Shown: positions 1 to 11,072 of the stretch, in pieces
Layout: every line of letters begins with the position of its first letter
Position numbering within the stretch: the first letter of the stretch is position 1
NCBI RefSeq assembly: GCF_006345805.1
Contig: NC_043004.1
Coordinates: forward strand, 41,354,001 to 41,418,000
Source: Octopus sinensis
Taxonomy: Eukaryota
DNA length: 64,000 nucleotides
Reading direction: 5' to 3'
Position numbers and translations under genes: made by a program
Notes under the pieces: model-generated
Told to the model about the DNA's origin: nothing
Databases searched by the model: none
The model's input: the letters and a program-made list of their open reading frames with translations, nothing else

Positions 1-252
1 ATATGTCCCTCGTTTAAGAAACAGATTGGGTTTATTTACATTTGTGAAGAAAAAAAGATACCCTTCCCCTAACCCTAACCCTAACCCTAACTCTAACTCT
101 AAATCTAAAATAGATTGAAATGCAATAGATCGATACTAGGGTTATAATTATGGATGACAATTTCATACGACACTATTGCATTTCAATCTGTTTTAGATTT
201 AGGGTTAGATTTAGGATTAGCATTAGAGTTAGGGGTGGGGGAAGGGTATCTT
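1..252 (-). mobile_element. Partial copy of the GGATC-ended MITE family, with internal (CCCTAA)n and a local inverted duplication
   Basis: Bases 1-170 match the interior of the MITEs at 4386-4813, 5918-6319 and 53051-53442; 173-252 is the reverse complement of 55-128. Confidence 0.75.
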
Positions 253-529
253 GGAATGATTTGGTGTGGAACATTTCCAGTTTTGTCAGATAACAGATTT
301 TCTTGGTGATATACAACAATAATAAAACCGCAACGTTTTTGTGCGCATGTTAATTAAACTTTTACGATTGCACTTTTCTGTTAGTATAAAGAAGGTGATG
401 GCTAAAAGAATCTGAAAACAAATTAAGGAGGTGCACAATGTAGGGCTGAGAGAAGAAGAAGCACGTTGATGGGCTGCGAAAAATGGGTAGGACTGAGAGA
501 AGATGAGAGGCACATTATAAAGGCCTGAG

Positions 530-905
530 AAGGGGGAGTAAATTGTAGAGCTTAGAGAAGGAGATTACATTATAGGGGCTGGAAGATGAAGCATAATATA
601 GAGCTTGCAGTAGGGAAAGCATTTAATAGAGCTGGGAGAAGGGGGAAGTATTGTAGAGCTGGGAAAAGGGAAGGCATATTGTAGAGCTAGGAGAATAAGG
701 GAGTACATTGAAGTGCTGGGAGAAGAAGAGTACTTTGAAGGGCTGAATGAAAAGGAGTATATAGGGCTGGCTGAAGGGGGAGTACACTGTAAGACTGGGA
801 GAAAGGGAAGTATATTGTAGAACAAGGGGAAAGGGAATACATTGTAGAGCTGGGAGAATAAGGGAGGTACATTGTAAGCTGAGAGAAGGAGAAGTACGTT
901 GTAGG
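530..905 (+). repeat. Degenerate purine-rich minisatellite (~30 bp unit, ATTGTAGAGCTGGGAGAA core)
   Basis: The core attgtagagctggg recurs about ten times with variable spacers. Confidence 0.6.
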
Positions 906-990
906 GCTCGCTTCAGGTGCTGACTATCCTGGTACTGGTCCTGCATAACAGTATAATGTACACATGATATTGTAATATTACATACGTAAT

Positions 991-1770
991 AAAGGCGGCG
1001 AGCTGGCAGAATCGTTAGCACGCTGGGTGAAATGCTTAGCGGTATCTCGTCTGCTGCTACGTTCTGAGTTCAAATTCCGCCGAGGTCGACTTTGCGTTTC
1101 ATCCTTTCAGGGTCGATTGAATAAGTACCAGTTACACACTGGGGTCGATGTAATTGATTTAATCCCTTTGTCTGTCCTTGTTTGTCCTCTCTGTGTTTAG
1201 CCCCTTGTGGGTAGTAAAGAAATTGGTATTTCGTCTGCTGCTACATTCTGAGTTTAAATTCCACCGAGGTCGACTTTGCATTTCATCCTTTCAGGGTCGA
1301 TTAAATAAGTACCAGTTATGCACTGGGGTCGACATAATCGACTTAATCCGTTTGTCTGTCCTTGTTTGTTCTCTCTGTGTTTAGCCCCTTGTGGGTAGTA
1401 AAGAAATTGGTATTTCGTCTGCTGCTACATTCTGAGTTTAAATTCCACCGAGGTCGACTTTGCATTTCATCCTTTCAGGGTCGATTAAATAAGTACCAGT
1501 TATGCACTGGGGTCGACATAATCGACTTAATCCGTTTGTCTGTCCTTGTTTGTTCTCTCTGTGTTTAGCCCCTTGTGGGTAGTAAAGAAATAGGTATTTC
1601 GTTGTCTTCACATTCTGATTTCAAAATCTGCTGAGGTCGACTTTGCCTTTCATCCTTTCGGGGTCGATAAAACTAGTTCCAATCAAATACTAACTAAGAT
1701 CAATATAATCGACTTAATCCCTCTCCGAAATTGCTGCCCTTCGACCTACATTTGAAACCAATATTACATA
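991..1770 (+). mobile_element. tRNA-derived SINE (family A, GGCGGCGAGCTGGCAGAA head) expanded into a tandem multimer with a 184-bp period
   Basis: A-box-like TGGCAGAATCG and B-box-like GAGTTCAAATTCC; identical ORFs at 1178 and 1362 give the 184-bp period; monomers of the family at 19158 and 55683. Confidence 0.85.
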
Positions 1771-2192
1771 TGTAATTTTATAATATCGTAATATTGATTT
1801 CTAATATTGGCTCATACAGGCACATCAGCGCTTTCTAATCTTTTACCATTATAATATATTTTAGCAAACCCAAAACCCTCGCAATCTTTTTTATTTTTTT
1901 TAATATTCAAATAATTTTATGCCAGTCTCCACTTCTGTCATGATCTTTTCTCTAGAAATGACATACAGGCTTTACTTGGGGCGATTTCGAGTAAAGGAAA
2001 AAGATTAAAGCAAATTAAGGTTATTGATTTTTTTTTTATTCAGGTCTGATGCTAAACATGACTAGCGCAAAAAATTATCGTGTGTGTGTGGTTCTAAGTC
2101 AAGTTATAATAAAAAAGAACTCAATATTAAAGCGATGAATTACTCAGCATTTTTTACAGAATGCATATTCATTATACTTTTACAAGAAGAGT

Positions 2193-2561
2193 GGGGAAGC
2201 ACTCCGTCAGTTACGACGATGAGGGTTCCGGTTGATCCGAATCAACGGAACAGCCTGCTTGTGAAATTAACGTGTAAGTGGCTGAGCACTCCACAGACAC
2301 GTGTACTCTTAACGTAGTTCTCGGGGATATTCAGCGTGACACAGAGAGTGACAAGGCCGGCCCTTTGAAATACAGGTACAACAGAAACAGGAAGTAAGAG
2401 TGAGAGAAAGAGTACAGCAGGGATCACCACCGTCCCCTGCCGGAGCCTCGTGGAGCTTTAGGTGTTTTCGCTCAATAAACACTCACAACGCCCGGTCTGG
2501 GAATCGAAACCGCGATCCTATGACCACGAGTCCGCTGCCCGAACCACTGGGCCATTGCGCC
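2193..2561 (-). mobile_element. tRNA-derived SINE (family C) with 13-bp target-site duplication
   Basis: Minus-strand head GGCGCAATGGCCCAGTGGTT...GGTTTCGATTCCC; TSD TTACAAGAAGAGT at 2180-2192 and 2562-2574; near-identical copies at ~42089 and 62299. Confidence 0.9.
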
Positions 2562-2574
2562 TTACAAGAAGAGT

Positions 2575-2870
2575 AGTAACAGTGGCACCGAAGTTTCGAC
2601 CTACATGCCTTCATCAGAACACCTTATTCGTGTAACATCGTCCGTTTTTCCATCCTTGTTTTGTTTACATTCGAGGCTTTCTTCCAAGGAATCTAATGCG
2701 CTTGGCTTAGATTTTCCTTTGGGTCTGGCCAGATCAGAGCAATCTCAAGATTAATCAGTTGAAATTGCGAAGATGATCCGGTTCTTGACTGAAGATTGAA
2801 GGCTTCGAATGTCCCGTCCGTGTTTTTTGTATCGTCTTCTAAATGTTTTGCATTCTTGTCCCAGTTTGTA
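2575..2870. mobile_element. Probable Penelope-like element remnant with a degenerate hammerhead-like motif
   Basis: Minus strand 2617-2586 reads CTGATGA-AGGC-ATGTAG-GTC-GAAA-C-TTCG-GT; a related sequence sits in the TA tract at ~18830-18950. Confidence 0.4.
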
Positions 2871-4385
2871 TTTTTTTTACATATACATGATATATATATA
2901 TGCGTGTGTGTGTTATACACTTTATTGAAATAAAAAAAGTATCCCCAAAATTAAACATATTCGCAGAAACTGACACATACAAACATACACACACATATAT
3001 ACATACAATTCACCCCCATACTCTCGCAAATATTTTACCCAAACATCCCCATAAACACTCCCACAGTGGTGGTGGTGATTTCGAGGTTTCGGCTAGCGAG
3101 CCTTCATCAGGGACCATGGACTACAGGTTGGGAACCACCGATCTTTGTTATCTAATACATCTTTCCCTTTGATTAAAGACGATAAGGTGTGATTTCAGAA
3201 GAGAAATGTTTCCTTGATATAATATAAAGATAATCTTCGGGAAGTTTTACGTGATAATATACAAAGCTTGCATTTCAGTTTTGATTAAAGTTCATTTTAG
3301 TTTCAGCTAGACACTATGTTAGTCTGATATATAAGATGATATATAAGACGATGCCTCAATCATTGGATTGTACAAAATTATTCATAGGACCACACTAATA
3401 GTTGGCTGAATCAATTCTTTGCCAATCTCATGTGGCTTTCTGGATTTGGCAGTCGGTGACAAAATGTTGTTGTTCACTTTCTGTTACTTTCTTTAGAAGC
3501 CAGAATATTTATAACAGTAGTGGGGTTAATAATCTTAATCTTTAGTTACAGTTTCTCATTCAAACTACATAATAGGCAGAATTGTCGGATTAAGACTGTA
3601 GGGTGTTTTGAGGGAGATTTGGTTGCTATTTCTACCAGGTCTAGCTACCATGTACAGGTCTGAACTTAATTTTCATTCACATATGCCTAACCGAAAACGA
3701 TCACAGCCACATCATCCAAACAGACTGGGTGAAACTGGGCTTAACTCCTAGTATATATATATATATTTGATGAAAGGCCTACTCGATCAGGATTGACCTA
3801 GGATGCTGTTGCTGCTGCTACTGCTGTTGTTGCTGCTGCTGCTGATGTTGCTTTTGCTGCTGCTGCCATCATCGTCGTCAAAGTCATCATCAAAAGCAGC
3901 AGCAAAATTGCAGCGAAGGACTTCACTGTTGATATTTTATTGATTATTCAATAATAATAATAATAATAATAATAATCACATTCATAATATTTCAGCAAAA
4001 ATTAAAATGATATTTAAAAAATAAGCATAGCGTATTATGCTCATGCATAATTGCATAGCTATATTTTATATCTGTATAATTATACAGATATCTATCTCAA
4101 ATCACATCCTAGAGTCTTTCACAAAGGTCACACTGGATAGTGTAGTTCCAGATACACTATCATTTCCACCCAACCCCAAAACAACAACAACAACAAGAGC
4201 AACAACAACAGCCACATAAACAACAACAACAGTTACTATTACTATTACTAGTAATTGCTGCTGCTGTTGCTGTTGCTGAACAATTGTATATTGGCTAATT
4301 AAAAACATGTTTAACTTTTAAATATATTTTCTCAGTAGTTAATGTGGATGATGGTTTGTCTACCCGAAAATCTGCAATATTTCTC

Positions 4386-4813
4386 GGATCTTTTCGGTTT
4401 GAACGGCAGTTTTTAACATAATTTCTAGGTAACTAAAAAAATTTTAAACTTCGTATACTGGTAGAATGTGTTTATAAAACATCTTTTTCTCTTGCCTTTA
4501 TTGAGAAAATTCTATAGTTTGTAAGATATTTGTTGTTTTTTTTCTTCAATTTCTGCAATTTCAACCAATCACTGATGTCCATTGTGGTAAAAAACATTCT
4601 GTGCCGTATGAATATGTCCCTCGTTTAAGAAACAGATTGGGTTTATTTACATTTGTGAAGAAAAAAAAGATACCCTTCTCCCCACCCCAACCCTAACTAA
4701 CCCTAACCTTAAAACAGATTGAAATGCAATAGATCGATACTAGGGTCATAATTATGGGTGACAATTTCATATGACATCGCTAGAAAAAACTGCCGTTCAA
4801 ACCGAAAAGATCC
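4386..4813 (-). mobile_element. MITE with ~29-bp TIRs (GGATCTTTTCGGTTTGAACGGCAG)
   Basis: Both TIRs intact; interior matches 5918-6319 in the opposite orientation; no TSD visible for this copy. Confidence 0.9.
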
Positions 4814-5917
4814 AATGAATCATTTTAATTATCTAAAATTATCGCAAAATCATTTTAATTATCTAAAATTATCGCAAAAACTGCTAAAATTCACTTTCCG
4901 TTTCTTTCTTGAGAAGCTAGAATATTTATAACAGTTGGTTTTGACCCACATTTTGCTACATTGTAATCACGTGTTGATCATGTGCCAAACTTCATTTCAG
5001 TCCAATCAACGACTTTTGCTCGTGTGATAGTCTGGTGGTATGACTAGAACTTTCTATGAAGGGAGCCTTCAAAATTAGCTCATTTGAGTGCAAAAAAAAA
5101 TTCTGAGTGATCCGATCTTCAGCAGATGTCCCTCTTGCTATATAGCTATTTCCACAGCTACATATTCAACCTAGCATAGTAGATGATGAAACATGCCATG
5201 GTAATACGGCAACTAGAATATATATTTGTCTGTAAAACATTAACCTGACCGTCGAATTTCTGACGATTTCCTGCACTTGTGATGTATGTCATTTCATCTA
5301 ACTATTCCTCTTCATGTAATACACGAGCACTTTCTGTATTAATGTAGCAATAAATATGTTCTTATACATAAAATTGACATATTCGTCACACTTCCTTGAA
5401 ACTGGTCACTGACCCAGTTCTATTGGAGCTGAAATGGAACTGATACTTTCACAATAGCAGTAAACTTGACGCCTCAGCAAATAATTAAGAGGTTGAATTT
5501 AGAAGTTTTCATGAGTGTTTTTAGACTTTATCTTAACGCAACGACCAGAAACTAACCCTTTGCATCTACAATTACACCAAGAAAAATTACATTCAAACTT
5601 TCTCAACGGTTTGCCGTTCTTAGTAATGGCAGCATTTGCTTTTTGTTTATCAAAAAAAAAAAAAAAAGCTTAAAAAATGTAATAAAAAAAATCTTGAGAT
5701 ATGTTTTGTCCTCTTCTTCGAACACTGGGGCAGATGATAATCACTAATTATCCCTCGTCAAAATTGCTGACTTTATGCCTATATCCAAAACCTTTACTGT
5801 TGTTGATGATGTTGTTGTTGGCGCTTTACATTGTGAGCTCAAGTATCGTCGAGCACAACTTTTCCTTTTATCCCTTCAAGATGATAAAATAAAGTCTAAA
5901 TGTAAAGAACCAGAACA

Positions 5918-6319
5918 GGATCTTTTCGGTTTGAACGGCAGTTTTTTCTAGCGGTGTCATATGAAATTGTCACCCATAATTATGACCCTAGTATCGATCT
6001 ATTGCATTTCAATCTGTTTTAGGGTTAGGGGGAAGGGTATCTTTTTTTCTTCACAAATGTAAATAAACCCAATCTGTTTCTTTAATGAGGGACATATTCA
6101 TACGGCACAGAATGTTTTTCACCTCAATACATGTCAGTGATTGGTTGAAATTGCAGAAATTGAAGAAAAAAAACAAATATCTTACAAACTATAGAATTTT
6201 CTCAATAAAGCCAAGAGAAAAAGATGTTTTATAAATACATTCTACCAGTATACGAAGTTTAAAATTTTTTAGTTACCTAGAAATTATGTTAAAAACTGCT
6301 GTTCAAACCGAAAAGATCC
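5918..6319 (+). mobile_element. MITE with ~29-bp TIRs and 8-bp TSD
   Basis: GGATCTTTTCGG...CCGAAAAGATCC flanked on both sides by CCAGAACA (5910-5917, 6320-6327). Confidence 0.9.
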
Positions 6320-6812
6320 CCAGAACAAATACCGACACTCTAACGATTACATCTGTAGAACGACCATGCGAAAAGAGATGGTGATGAATGAATGACTCCT
6401 TTGAACACCACACGGTCGCCTTACAATAAAGCCAAAATATGGATAAATGAATAAGTGCTATATATCCTTTCGGGGTCGATAAATTGAAGTGCCAGTTGCG
6501 TACTGTGATCAGTCTAATCGACTGGTCCCTTCCCCAAAATTTCGGGCCTTGTGGCTTGAGTAGAAAAGAAATTGTAAACAACGTGTTATGTCTCTGGTAA
6601 TTTTACTTCATGTAAATAAATCTTATTTAGCTGTAATTTTTAGCACACCTTACAACCACCAGTGCTTAAGGAAAATGTGATAAACAACACGTTACATGCG
6701 ATAAACACATTACAACTGTTAACAGAAAGATTTAGAAGAATTAGATGAAAGTTCTGTAATTTTCTTTTATGTAGATAAATGTTTATTTTAATTTAAAAGA
6801 GAAAACCTGTTA

Positions 6813-7210
6813 GGCACAGGAGTGGCTGTGTGGTAAGTAGCTTGCTTACCAACCACATGGTTCCGGGTTCAATCCCACTGCGTGGCATCTTGGGCAAGTG
6901 TTTTCTACTATAGCCTCAGGCCGACCAAAGCCTTATGAGTGTATTTGGTAGATGGAAACTGAAAGAAGCCCGTCATATATATGTGTGTGTGTGTTTGTGT
7001 GTCTGTGTTTGTCCCCCTAGCATTGCTTGACAACCAATGCTAGGTGTGTTTATGTCACCATCACTTAGCGGTTCGACAAAAAGAGACTGATAGAATAAGT
7101 ACTAGGCTTACAAAGAATAAGTTCCGGGGTCGATTTGCTCGACTAAAGGCGGTGCTCCAGCATGGCCACAGTCAAATGACAGAAACAAGTAAAAGAGAAA
7201 AGAGAGAAAG
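6813..7210 (+). mobile_element. tRNA-derived SINE (family B; CORE-like TTGGGCAAGTG segment, GTAAAAGA tail)
   Basis: A-box-like TGGCTGTGTGG and B-box-like GGTTCAATCCC; internal TA/TG microsatellite; eight or more further copies in the window. Confidence 0.9.
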
Positions 7211-8199
7211 AGAGTTAGTTTTAAATCTCTGAGCAAGATGTTGGCAAATAAGCTTTAATTTAAAAGAGTTAAACAAAAAAAAATTTATTTAGCTATTATT
7301 TTTAGCATACTTCACAGCTATCTCAATGCTCAATGACAAAAAGAAACAAACATTAACCTTGACGGAGAAGATGCACAGTGCTGACTAGAAAGGAAGAAAG
7401 GATGAAGGTGGCTCTGCTCTGATTGGCTATATGCAAATGAGTTCATTACTGGGGTCCGGAACTCTCGTGAGAAAAGAATTTCGTGGACAACTCAAGGTAC
7501 CAGCATTTCGGGCAGTCACCCAGGGTGTCATATGCTAGGGGATGTGACAAAGATAAAAATTATATTTGTAAGGGCGCCGAAGTTCAGCTTGCATGGGTTG
7601 CCAGCAACCCTAGGGCCGGCCGTGGCTGTGTGTCCGCATTTAACGGAAGATTTTCTTATCACACATTAAGACAAACAACGGTCTTTTACAGATAACAACA
7701 ATAATTATTATATAACGGGGTCGACTGGCGGATCTATTCCATTTGATGGACAGATCTTTTAATTACTTTTTTAACTAAACACTTTGAAACTTTGGATTCT
7801 GGTAGAATGTGTCACATAGAACAGGGTTTACTCAAACGTTTTGGACAAATTTTGTATTTAGAAGTTATTTCGAGTTAAAGTTGTTGTATTTGGGTAATTC
7901 TAACCAATCAATGACATGTATTCAGCTGAAAAAAATTGCTGCAGCCGTTTGCGAACAACAACTTCTGGGTCCATTGACAAAACGATGAGTGTTCGACAAC
8001 AGAAAAATTTAAGCTGAAAATCTCCCCTAACAAAACCCTTTTGATAAATATATGTGTAAAAAAAATCTCATCACGCAATCGAACCAATGAAAGCACCTCT
8101 ACCTGGTCGCTCGACACGCTAAAAATAGCAGCCAAAGTATCCCATTACCTAAATCACACGCCCATTGTATGTAATGTCCAAGATTATCCCTAAAAAGAC

Positions 8200-8445
8200 A
8201 ATTTGCTGAAGGCTGGAATGTCTTTGATGATAGGTTTGCTGAAAACGAGGCAATTTCTACTCTTCTCCTCTGGAAGCCATTTACTCACAATACCAGAGGG
8301 CACACACTCTCCTACCCTGATGTAATCTCAGGGGATACAGGCATCCAGCAACAGGACCTCCGTAATGCTATGATGGACCATGAAGTCTGGTGTAGCATGG
8401 TAAATTCCATTGTCTCGACCACGGTCGAACAATGATGATGATGAT
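8200..8445 (+). mobile_element. 3' end of an RTE-type LINE
   Basis: Translates as LLLWKP...SYPDVISRDTG...DLRNAMMDHEVW, resembling RTE ORF2 C-termini; ends in a (TGA)n tail. Confidence 0.55.
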
Positions 8446-8490
8446 TGCTATATCAAGGTTGATTTGAGGCTAAATAACAACAAAATTATT

Positions 8491-8642
8491 ACTGAGACAG
8501 ACCAAAGACGGAGCCTGTATGTGGTTGTATGACTTGCTAGAAAAAGTAGCCAAACTTCTTTTATGTACAAAATAGAAAAACCTCTGACACATTCAACCAC
8601 TATCCGAGCCAAATACAAGCTCTGTTGTTGGTCTGTCTCAGT
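8491..8642. mobile_element. Small MITE-like inverted-repeat element
   Basis: ACTGAGACAGACCAA... pairs with ...TTGGTCTGTCTCAGT. Confidence 0.55.
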
Positions 8643-8778
8643 GAAAGATAGGCTATAATATTATAATATTAAAACCAATTTAAAATTCAAAGTAGGATAA
8701 AAAAAAAAAAGTGCATGGAGCCCTTTATGACGAATGGGGTAATTGTTTGCGTACTTAGTTTCCTTCGGAGCGGATCGT

Positions 8779-9143
8779 AGTTCGCGAGTTGTGCTACCTC
8801 AGAGCTGCGCATATTGGAATTTTTTGTGGGTGGTCATTTACTGAAGATGATCGCGTCAAAATGGATTGTATAGCACCTGAAAACAGTCCGTCAGTCATTC
8901 AATAAGGTGTGATATAGTACAATTATGGTTTTAAAAACCTAGCATGTGCAAACAATTTTGTTTGGTTAGATGGTGGACAGTGAATTTGAGTCTTCTTGGT
9001 CTATCTGCGAGTTCATGTCTCAGCTAAAGCATAGGACAAGTTGTTTCGAACACGTCGAACAAGAGCGGATTGTTTGCTACAAAAATCTATGACTTCAACT
9101 TCGCATCTCAAATTGCCTGGGCTTTAGCATGAGATGATTGTTG
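8779..9143 (+). repeat. Dispersed repeat (second copy at ~11390-11739), probably a decayed transposon coding region
   Basis: About 350-365 bp, roughly 85% identical by eye; broken reading frames continue to ~9.9 kb; family not recognised. Confidence 0.6.
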
Positions 9144-10135
9144 CTATGGGATATTGTGATGATCGTTCAAACTGTAGAAAAAATTACACTGCTCAGACTT
9201 TAGTGTGTGAGGCTTGAGAAGTATTCCTACTCTTAGTAAGAGTCTCTTACAGCTGTTGAGCTTGTTGAGTTTTTCCGCGGTGAGCCAAATATAAACTCCA
9301 GCCCATTCCTCACCACATATATCAATGTTTTAATGGCAGGCTACATCTACTACGAATAGTAGACCAAGTACAATCAAACAAAGCCCTCTTTTAATCTAAA
9401 GACTCTTCTGCATATTTAAGAGGTAAAATTGAATCCACAGAAAAAGGATGTATAAATTTGTCTTGCGAAAGAAAGAGCTGTCCGGCAGGGCTTCGGTGAC
9501 ACATGGAAACCATCGTTACCTGATGATCTTAATGGCAACCTTTTCTGAGAAACTGTGGAATCAGTGCTATTGAACGAATCCACTGTTTGACAATTCATCA
9601 AAAAACCGAAAGGAAGGCTTGTTGGAATTTACACCCGCATGCCACAAACTATTTTGAATTTCTCATGGAAAAAAAATTCTAACCAAAAACAGTAACTAAA
9701 GAGCTGTTTTCTTGCAATCACTGGTGTCATTGGAAAGAGATGTATGTGTTTTGCAAGGCGTTGATGGAGAGCTCAGCAAGACCTCATTAGTGATACATTC
9801 CCGTGGACAGCTCAGCAATGATTTACGCTAGAAAGCTGTCCAGTAAAAAAAGGAAAAAAAGGATCTTTATCGACCAACTCTGTATGGACACAGATGTTGC
9901 CCTACTGATCTCCTGAATATTATGCAGTATCGTGACAGGTGGCATGATTGACTCAGGTAACCCTGAGCAAGTTCAAGCAGATGGTAGTACAAAAAGATGG
10001 TAGTACAAGAGTAATAAAGCACAGTACAATATAATTTAGTGCTAATGGTAACATTAACGCTGGGAGACAATGACGAAGTTGCATATAAATATATAAGCAT
10101 ATAGATTACATAGGCTGATGTCTGAAAATATATAA

Positions 10136-11072
10136 GTTTCAAAAGTCTATGTCGCATTCTATGAACTTTTATATCATGAACTACAAATGGTAATATGATT
10201 GAACTGGTACCATTTAAAAGCTAAAAGTGTCAAGTTTTCTTCTGTTAATTTAATTTAAATTTATTTAATTAAATTTGATTTAATTTTGTTTTTTTGTCTC
10301 TTTTCAGATCCAGTAATGTCATTCACAAAACAAGAGGTCATTTTGCATCTTAGAATATGCTAAAACTGAATCATGGACACATGTTCAACGCAAATCTCGT
10401 ACAACGTTTACCAAGCAGGTACCAGACTGACGTTCCATTTTGAATTGGCCTTTCAAAATTTAAGGAGGAGGAGTGTTTGTACCTGGCAAAGAGAACAGGG
10501 GACCTCTCAACTTCAGATGAAACAGCTGAACAAGTTCGGCAAGCCTTCTTGCGCAGCCCCCAGAAATCAGTCAGAATAGCCAATCGAGAACTTTAGCCCC
10601 CATCAACAACTGTTTGGCGTGTCTTCAGGAGAGGGCTGCAGTTCACACCATATAAGCTGCAATTGATTCGACAGTTGAAGGACACAGATAAACCTATTCG
10701 CCATGAATTTTGCTCAGGATTGTCCTATTCTCTTTGCCAGGCACAAACACCTCTCCTTAAATTTTGCATGCCAATTCAAAATGGAACGTGTGTCTGGGGC
10801 CTGCTTGGTAAACGTTGTCAGAAATTTGCGTAGAACATGTGTCCATGATTTAGTTTTAGCGTATTCTAGGACGTAAAATGACCTCTTGTTTGTGAATGAT
10901 ATTACTGGATCTGAAAAGAGAAAAAAAAAAGGACAAAAACAAAATTAAATTAAATTAACAGAAGACAATTTGACACTTTTAGCTTTTAAATGTATCAGTT
11001 CAATCATGCTACTATAAGTAATTCATGATATAAGAGTCCTTAGAATGTGACATAGACTTTTGAAACACCCTG
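10136..11072 (+). mobile_element. Mariner-type (DD37D/DD41D-like) derivative made of two inverted left ends, with a transposase N-terminal pseudogene
   Basis: Right terminus ...GACTTTTGAAACACCCTG|TA; arms ~10136-10500 and ~10722-11072 are inverted. Frameshifted translation from ATG 10316 gives SDETAEQVRQAFLRSPQKSVRIANREL and TTVWRVFRRGLQFTPYKLQLIRQL. Confidence 0.8.

Noticed and set aside
66-110. (CCCTAA)n telomere-like run
   Set aside because: Internal part of a MITE seen in other copies; not a chromosome end.
2490-2561. tRNA-like sequences (also heads at 6813, 23842, 40877, 62610-62682)
   Set aside because: They are SINE heads followed by SINE bodies and TSDs and do not close a cloverleaf.
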